Assembly (NCBI RefSeq): GCF_018398935.1
Contig: NZ_CP074694.1
Coordinates: forward strand, 1,110,001-1,142,000
Direction: 5' to 3'
Length of the DNA stretch: 32,000 nucleotides
Origin: Telmatocola sphagniphila
Lineage (GTDB): Bacteria > Planctomycetota > Planctomycetia > Gemmatales > Gemmataceae
Part shown: positions 26,708 to 32,000 of the stretch, in pieces
Layout: each line of letters begins with the position of its first letter
How positions within the stretch are numbered: the first letter of the stretch is position 1
The notes under the pieces: model-generated
Database searches by the model: none
What the model saw: the letters and a program-made list of their open reading frames with translations, nothing else
Told to the model about the DNA's origin: nothing
Position numbers and translations under genes: made by a program

Positions 26708-28354
26708 ATGTTCGAATTCCAAATGCATTTGCTGGCTAATTCCGACCCCAAGGGATTCTTGGAAAGAATGGGTTTAAGTGCGGAAATTATTTTGATCGGC
26801 GGATTCCTCATGGGAATCCTCGCCGGGTTCTGGTCCAAAATCAAAGCTCTCCTTTGGCGCGTGATCAGCGCACTCGTACAGCGTGTGGAGATCCATACGG
26901 AAACCGGCCATAACGCACTCGTCGCACACCTGGTGGCAAAGTATCCTCGCTCGAGACTTTACGATCGCATGTACGGGGCCTCCTACGAGCACTACCGCAA
27001 TGGGAGATTTGGCATGGTTCCTTACGAACAGTTCGGATCCCGAACCATGATCTTCTGGAAGGGCAGAATCCCGTTTCTGTTCAGTAACGCCATAGAATCC
27101 AAGGCGGCAACCGCCAAAAGTGGTTCTCAAGGCAACAATGAGGATGTGGCCAAAATTTACTCCACGATCACCTTCTTCCGAGGCTCTCTCGATGTAGAGC
27201 ATTTGTTAAAGGAAGCTTGCGATTCGAGTAATAACCTCTCCTGGTCGGTTGCCTCAGCTCAGGAGCAAAGCCGAAACCGTTTCGTAATTCATTTCGTCCC
27301 CAACCGCAAGGATGAGGACGGAGGCCACAATTACGGAAGCAACGGTCTGGCCTGGTATCAACAGGGCTATTATCGACTGCTTTCGCACAAGCCAGATGAG
27401 TTGGGAAAAGCACCGCTTCATAACGGCAGCGCTCTCTCCAATCTGATTTTCCCTCAGCGGGTGAAGGACCTTATCAAAGAAATCGAGCTGTGGCGAAATA
27501 ACAGCGATTGGTACCGCCAGAAGGGCATTCCCTGGAAAAGAGGATGGTTGTTGTACGGCCCTCCGGGTACCGGTAAGACGGCCCTCGCACGAGCATTTGC
27601 GGAAGATTTGAACATGCCGATTTACGTGTACAACCTGGCCGAAATGAACAACTACGACCTGATGAAAGCTTGGAGCGAGATGCAAGTCAACGTCCCTTGT
27701 ATTGCGCTGATTGAAGATATCGATAATGTGTTCCACGGTCGGGAAAATGTCGCTCGGCGCGGTTCGATGTTCCCGATGATGATGCCCCGGCATCACGATA
27801 AAGAGGGTGAAGAAAAAGATCATAAAAACCCCAATCCCTTTGCCCCGCTGACCTTCGACTGTCTTTTGAACTGCCTCGACGGAGTGGAACGGGCGGATGG
27901 TGTATTCACCATCGTCTCGACCAACGATCTTTCCAAAATTGATCCGGCTCTCGGCTTACCGCGTAAACTCCCCGATGGAGAAACCGAATTCATCAGCACT
28001 CGACCCGGGCGAATCGATAAGGCGGTTGAGCTGACTTACATGGAAGCGGCCGACAAGAAGCTGATGGCCCGGCGAATCCTCGCCGAATATCCGGAAGCTT
28101 ACGAATCGATGCTCGAATTTATCGATAAGTTTCCAACGATGCTCGAAACCCCCGCCCAATTCCAGGAACGGTGCGGCCAAATCGCGCTCAAAGAATTCTG
28201 GAAAGAGAAAGAACGAGCCGAACAGCAAAATCAGCGATGCGAAAAGCAAAATTACTGTGGAAATTTTGTCGGGCCGAGAATGCCAAAAGAGGCAATGGAG
28301 GTCCCGGATTTTTCGACGGAGGAGACGCAATTGGAGGTGCCTAGAGTCAAGTGA
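26708..28354 (+). CDS. BCS1-like membrane-anchored AAA+ ATPase
   Basis: I chose the ATG at 26708, preceded by GAGGAAGG; the 26678 start in the ORF track is a GTG. There is an N-terminal hydrophobic helix, AEIILIGGFLMGILAGFW. The junction and Walker A read WYRQKGIPWKRGWLLYGPPGTGKT. Walker B is CIALIEDIDNVF. LTFDCLLNCLDGV and RPGRIDKAV are also present. All of these closely parallel mitochondrial BCS1. Confidence 0.9.
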   Translation: MFEFQMHLLANSDPKGFLERMGLSAEIILIGGFLMGILAGFWSKIKALLWRVISALVQRVEIHTETGHNALVAHLVAKYPRSRLYDRMYGASYEHYRNGRFGMVPYEQFGSRTMIFWKGRIPFLFSNAIESKAATAKSGSQGNNEDVAKIYSTITFFRGSLDVEHLLKEACDSSNNLSWSVASAQEQSRNRFVIHFVPNRKDEDGGHNYGSNGLAWYQQGYYRLLSHKPDELGKAPLHNGSALSNLIFPQRVKDLIKEIELWRNNSDWYRQKGIPWKRGWLLYGPPGTGKTALARAFAEDLNMPIYVYNLAEMNNYDLMKAWSEMQVNVPCIALIEDIDNVFHGRENVARRGSMFPMMMPRHHDKEGEEKDHKNPNPFAPLTFDCLLNCLDGVERADGVFTIVSTNDLSKIDPALGLPRKLPDGETEFISTRPGRIDKAVELTYMEAADKKLMARRILAEYPEAYESMLEFIDKFPTMLETPAQFQERCGQIALKEFWKEKERAEQQNQRCEKQNYCGNFVGPRMPKEAMEVPDFSTEETQLEVPRVK

Positions 28355-28410
28355 CATCCCCGGGAGGCTCAATCAGAATGACCCTCCGAGCTCCAAGTAA
28401 ACTAGGATTG

Positions 28411-28734
28411 TTACTTGGCAGACTCTTTCTTAGCGGCGTTCAAAGCCGCAAGTGTTCTCTTTCGCTCCGAGGTGAATTTCCACCAAGGGGTTTTGGGGCC
28501 GCCATCCATATAACGCACGGCTGCGATAAAAGTGTCGAGAACGCAGGGATCCTGCTTCTCGTTAGTGATTTTGCAAAGCGAGTAATACATCTGGTAGGGA
28601 TCTTCACCTGCCAGATCGCTCGGTTGTTTGTAGCCGAGCTGTCGCAAATCGGCCGCGAGGGAAACCCCAATATTCGGAATATCTTCAAATTTGTTTACGT
28701 TACTTCGGCTGGAGGATTTATTCGCACGTTTCAT
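28411..28734 (-). CDS. Small helix-hairpin-helix protein (Cdd1 / pathogenicity-locus, mitomycin-resistance McrB-like family)
   Basis: 107 aa. GGGAGG lies 7 nt upstream of the ATG. The sequence FEDIPNIGVSLAADLRQLGYKQPSDLAGEDPYQMYYSLC...DPCVLDTFIAAVRYMDGGP..PWWKF matches my recollection of the PF11731-type HhH family. Confidence 0.75.
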   Translation of the reverse strand: MKRANKSSSRSNVNKFEDIPNIGVSLAADLRQLGYKQPSDLAGEDPYQMYYSLCKITNEKQDPCVLDTFIAAVRYMDGGPKTPWWKFTSERKRTLAALNAAKKESAK

Positions 28735-28751
28735 TGCCGACCTCCCGTGAA

Positions 28752-29687
28752 CTATTTCTTCGATGCAGCACTGTTGATTATATTCAGCAGTGCATTCTTT
28801 CCTTCCGCATCCTGACCCAACTCCCAGATCATGATGCCACCCAGTCCCGAGTCCCGCGCATAGGCAGTTTTCTTCTGAATTGTTTTTGGGCCGTTAAAGT
28901 AGATCGCATCGTGTTCATCGCTTTCAGGCGGTAAAACCTGTTTTTCAACTAGTTGCCGGTAAGTCAAAGTGGTGTCCGGAGCGTTGATTTTCCTTCCATA
29001 AAAAGGCACGCCGAGCAGCAGTTTCTCGGCAGGAGCTCCTTGAATCTGCAATTTGCGAACGTCCTCAACAGCGTTCTCAAAAGTGGAGTGCTTTCCGGTA
29101 TGATCGTAAGCCATCAGATTGATGCTATCGACACTTTCGAAGCCGGATTTAGGCAATTTTTGCCAGGCTGCCAGGGTGACGCTGAGCAGTAGTCCTTGTG
29201 TCTGCAGTTCCTTGTGGCAGGTTTTCAGAAGATCCGCATAATCATTTTCTTCCCTGGCATTCTTGGGATGTTCCCAGTCGATATCGATGCCATCCAGCCT
29301 CTTCTCGAGGCACAACTGAACTGCAGATTTGGCGAACAGAGTGCGAGTTTCCTGACTGCTGGCTAGCTGGAAAAATTCCTGCGATCTTTCCCAGCCGCCA
29401 ATGCATAGGAGCAGTCGAACGCGGTATTTTGTCTTCGCGGCCTGGAGCTTTTGCCAGGGTGTATTCCGCAATCTGTCCAACTTGATGGCACCGTCCTTAC
29501 CAGCCTCGGCCGAGAAAATAATCAGATCGGTGAGATTTTGAATTTTGGAGAAATCGTAATCGGCAATTCGATAATCTGGAAGGTAACCCGCAATTCGAAA
29601 AGGAGCTTTTTCAGAATTGCCCATTTGGGCTTCGGCAGCGTAATTTAAACCTAGGAAAAGGGTAAGAAGTAAGCCGAGTTTATGCAT
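28752..29687 (-). CDS. Glycoside hydrolase family 18 protein (chitinase-like), secreted
   Basis: Contains the GH18 catalytic motif LDGIDIDWEHP (DxxDxDxE) and INLMAYD. Signal peptide is MHKLGLLLTLFLGLNYAAEAQ from the ATG at 29687. The 29729 start in the ORF track is a TTG. Confidence 0.9.
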   Translation of the reverse strand: MHKLGLLLTLFLGLNYAAEAQMGNSEKAPFRIAGYLPDYRIADYDFSKIQNLTDLIIFSAEAGKDGAIKLDRLRNTPWQKLQAAKTKYRVRLLLCIGGWERSQEFFQLASSQETRTLFAKSAVQLCLEKRLDGIDIDWEHPKNAREENDYADLLKTCHKELQTQGLLLSVTLAAWQKLPKSGFESVDSINLMAYDHTGKHSTFENAVEDVRKLQIQGAPAEKLLLGVPFYGRKINAPDTTLTYRQLVEKQVLPPESDEHDAIYFNGPKTIQKKTAYARDSGLGGIMIWELGQDAEGKNALLNIINSAASKK

Positions 29688-29748
29688 GGAGAGGTTCCGA
29701 TCTCGGAAGCGGATTTTCGCCAGTTTCAAATTGTCTCTGGAAGCAAAT

Positions 29749-32000
29749 CTATTTTGGCAAACCTGTCGTGTCCAGGAATTCCGCGCTAGCTGAATCCGCC
29801 GTCCGCAACCAGCCGGGAATTCTCCGCAAGGATAACATCCAAAGTATGCTTTCTTGGGTAATACGCGTCAGGAGCCACATACCGATGATCATTCCCAGTG
29901 TCATACCCGTGAAACTGAGCAAAGCTCCGGTTTGAATCTGATCAGTGACGATCCGGGAGGCCAGCCAACCGCCGGCAAACATTCCCAAAACCATCCCGAC
30001 GTTTCCACCTGTAAACATCGCAAATCGATGATACCGCAAATTGGGATGGGGCCGTCGGGCCGCAAATAGCATGGCCAAGTTCGAAAACATGAGCATGAGC
30101 AACCACATCCACGGCTTGAATACGCCTCTGTGCATGGCCTCGACGCACTCACAGGTACCGAGATTCTGGAACGGCTGAAACGAATTGTCGGCCCACCAAC
30201 CCAGCAGCATCCCGAAGTTGCCCAGGGAAATCATTCCAAAAGACATATCGAGATCATGGCCGATCTCTTTTTGGTTCGACCATAAGAGAGACAGTATCCC
30301 GCCGCAGATAGTAAATCCGAGGATTACCAGATTGGCCGCGGTACCCGTCAGTTCCAGCATTCTCACTGCCATCCAGGCCTGGCCAAAAAACGCCGCCATG
30401 TGAAGGAACATTTTGAGCGTCAGGCCCAAGTCGAAACGGGCTTTCGCTACCGGGATCGGGGGAGCAAAGCAGTGATCGAAATTAGCGGGGACTCCAATTC
30501 GTACGCTGGACCACGCCACCAGCAGGCTGGAAAACACCATGAGAAGTGCTGCCGTAATTGGGTGCAGCATACCGCAAGCGGCCAGTGACACCCCAAGAAT
30601 GTTATAAGCTGTCGCCCGGAAGATATTACGGCGGACGACCCGCATGGCTTCCCGACTTAAGGCCATCGCCCAGGGGATTACGCGAAGATCCGTCGTGTAC
30701 ATTACAGCGTCTGAGGAACCCAGTGCGATGTCAGTTCCCGAAGCCATAGCGAAACTGACGTGCGCCGTTTTTAAAGCGGCCGCGTCGTTCACTCCATCGC
30801 CAATCATGATGGGATGGCGACCCTTATCGATGAGCCGTTGAATGTGGGACTGTTTTTCTTCCGGGAGTAAATTGCCCAGCGAGTGCTGAAGGCCGAGAGC
30901 TTCCGCTCGCTCCGTACGATCCCCGGTCAGAACCTCGAACGGAATCTGCATTCGCTGCAGACTTTCCAGTGTGTCGGAGGCGGAATCGCGAAGTCGCTCG
31001 GTGAGAACCGCAAGACCCGCAACAGCTCCATCCAGTGAGAATGCAATTTTGTGGCCTTCCCGATGCAGCAGTTGCGATTCCAGCTGAAACAGAATTTCGC
31101 CTTTTTCATCGAGCCATTCCGGACGGCCGATTTTTACCTCGTGTTGTTCTCCAGAGGCATCTCGGATGATGGCCCGTACGCCGCGACCCGAGAATGTTTG
31201 GAAAGAAAGAACGTTAACATCCGAGCCCGTAATCAATTCCGCAAACGGTCGAGCCACCGGATGATCGCTTTTCTGCTGCACGGCTCCCAGCCAACTCAAT
31301 AGTTCCTGCCGCTTGACTCCTTTCTCCGTGGTGACCAAATCCGTTAGAGCATAGCGATCTTCGGTCAGTGTGCCGGTCTTGTCGAAGAGGACGCTATCGG
31401 CCGTGGCCAATCGCTCGATGACATCGCCCGATTGAACGACTATCCCTCTTTCCGCCAGACGTCCCAAAGCTGACCAGAGTACGATGGGAGTGGCCAATCC
31501 TAAGGCACAAGGGCAGGCGACAAGGAGTACCGACATGGATCGGAATGTTCCGGTCTGCCAGCCGGCGACACTCGTCCAGTAAGCAAAAGTGCCACCGGCA
31601 AGGATGAGGAGAATAGGGAGAAAAATGGCCGTGAGGCGATCCGCAATCGACTGAACCGAAAGCGGTTTGGATTTCGCCTCCTCGACCGCATTCAAAAGAC
31701 GATCAATCTGCCGTTCTTTTCCGGGCTTCGTCGCTTCCACGCGAAAGAGCGCATCGTAGCTGATTGTACCGGCAAGAATCTGATCCCCTTGTCGACGAAC
31801 CACCGCGAAAGGCTCTCCCCTAACAGCGGCCTCCGAAACGAAGCCAGTTCCTTCCCGGATGACGCCGTCCACGCTGAACGATTCCCCAGGGTGAACTTCG
31901 ACACGATCCCCAATCTGCACTTCGGAAACGGGAATATTTCGCGTTCGACCGTTCGAGTCGACTAAGCGGGAAGTGGCGAGTTCTTTTGCCCACTGCCGAG
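29749..32000 (-). CDS. Heavy-metal (Cu+-type, P1B-1) translocating P-type ATPase with C-terminal membrane-domain extension; 5' end outside window
   Basis: The reading frame stays open to position 32000 (…AKELATSRLVDSNGRTRNIPVSEVQIGDRVEVHPGE, the actuator domain), so the N-terminus is truncated by the window edge. Motifs present: CPCALGLATP, DKTGTLTE, TGD, GDGVNDAAALK. The TM7 N(x6)YN and TM8 MVFSS (MxxSS) motifs are the Cu+/Ag+ subgroup signature. Confidence 0.93.
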   Translation of the reverse strand, partial: RQWAKELATSRLVDSNGRTRNIPVSEVQIGDRVEVHPGESFSVDGVIREGTGFVSEAAVRGEPFAVVRRQGDQILAGTISYDALFRVEATKPGKERQIDRLLNAVEEAKSKPLSVQSIADRLTAIFLPILLILAGGTFAYWTSVAGWQTGTFRSMSVLLVACPCALGLATPIVLWSALGRLAERGIVVQSGDVIERLATADSVLFDKTGTLTEDRYALTDLVTTEKGVKRQELLSWLGAVQQKSDHPVARPFAELITGSDVNVLSFQTFSGRGVRAIIRDASGEQHEVKIGRPEWLDEKGEILFQLESQLLHREGHKIAFSLDGAVAGLAVLTERLRDSASDTLESLQRMQIPFEVLTGDRTERAEALGLQHSLGNLLPEEKQSHIQRLIDKGRHPIMIGDGVNDAAALKTAHVSFAMASGTDIALGSSDAVMYTTDLRVIPWAMALSREAMRVVRRNIFRATAYNILGVSLAACGMLHPITAALLMVFSSLLVAWSSVRIGVPANFDHCFAPPIPVAKARFDLGLTLKMFLHMAAFFGQAWMAVRMLELTGTAANLVILGFTICGGILSLLWSNQKEIGHDLDMSFGMISLGNFGMLLGWWADNSFQPFQNLGTCECVEAMHRGVFKPWMWLLMLMFSNLAMLFAARRPHPNLRYHRFAMFTGGNVGMVLGMFAGGWLASRIVTDQIQTGALLSFTGMTLGMIIGMWLLTRITQESILWMLSLRRIPGWLRTADSASAEFLDTTGLPK

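Noticed and set aside
27254-27823. 189-aa minus-strand ORF inside the AAA+ gene, and the 154-aa plus-strand ORF 28351..28815 opposite the HhH gene.
   Set aside because: Both are antisense to genes with strong family motifs and good ribosome-binding sites. Neither has recognisable motifs of its own.
28355-28410. Possible bidirectional terminator between the convergent AAA+ and HhH genes.
   Set aside because: The best pairing I can find is only 5 bp (GGAGG / CCTCC) across a 15-nt loop, with no U-tract.
26708-28734. The BCS1-like ATPase plus the adjacent small HhH protein considered as a two-gene defence system.
   Set aside because: The two genes are convergent and not co-transcribed. No nuclease, sensor, toxin or mobile-element genes are nearby, and the flanks are housekeeping. 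I cannot support a defence assignment from the sequence alone, so the ATPase is reported only as an unusual orphan gene.

Overview
This window reads as an ordinary chromosomal region of a Planctomycetota-type genome. The main evidence is an adjacent PSCyt1/DUF1549/DUF1553 and DUF1501 gene pair, a hallmark of that phylum, plus many exported proteins of unknown function. All calls come from reading the six-frame translations and the DNA by eye; no database search was run.

I support 23 protein-coding genes:
- Housekeeping genes: leuC-type aconitase-family dehydratase, tilS, tatD, scpB.
- A six-gene NADH:quinone oxidoreductase membrane-arm operon, nuoH-J-K-L-M-N, with tatD translationally coupled to its end.
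- An 8 kb cluster of four exported proteins with no confident function.
- An operon of PSCyt-DUF1549-DUF1553, DUF1501 and an MDR oxidoreductase.
- An orphan BCS1-like AAA+ ATPase.
- A minus-strand run of a Cu-type P1B ATPase (truncated by the window edge), a GH18 hydrolase and a small helix-hairpin-helix protein.

I found no rRNA, tRNA, CRISPR array, transposase, integrase or other mobile-element hallmark. I also cannot demonstrate a recognisable multi-gene defence or conflict system.

The observations most worth follow-up are:
1. The complete eukaryote-style BCS1 architecture in a lone bacterial gene, with unusual insertions in its AAA core.
2. A 247-aa, six-helix, Met/Gly-rich membrane domain fused to the C-terminus of the copper-type P1B ATPase.
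3. An unannotated ~150-aa domain shared by two adjacent exported proteins.
4. The nuo operon, which lacks nuoI and carries large insertions at the equivalent loop of NuoL and NuoM.
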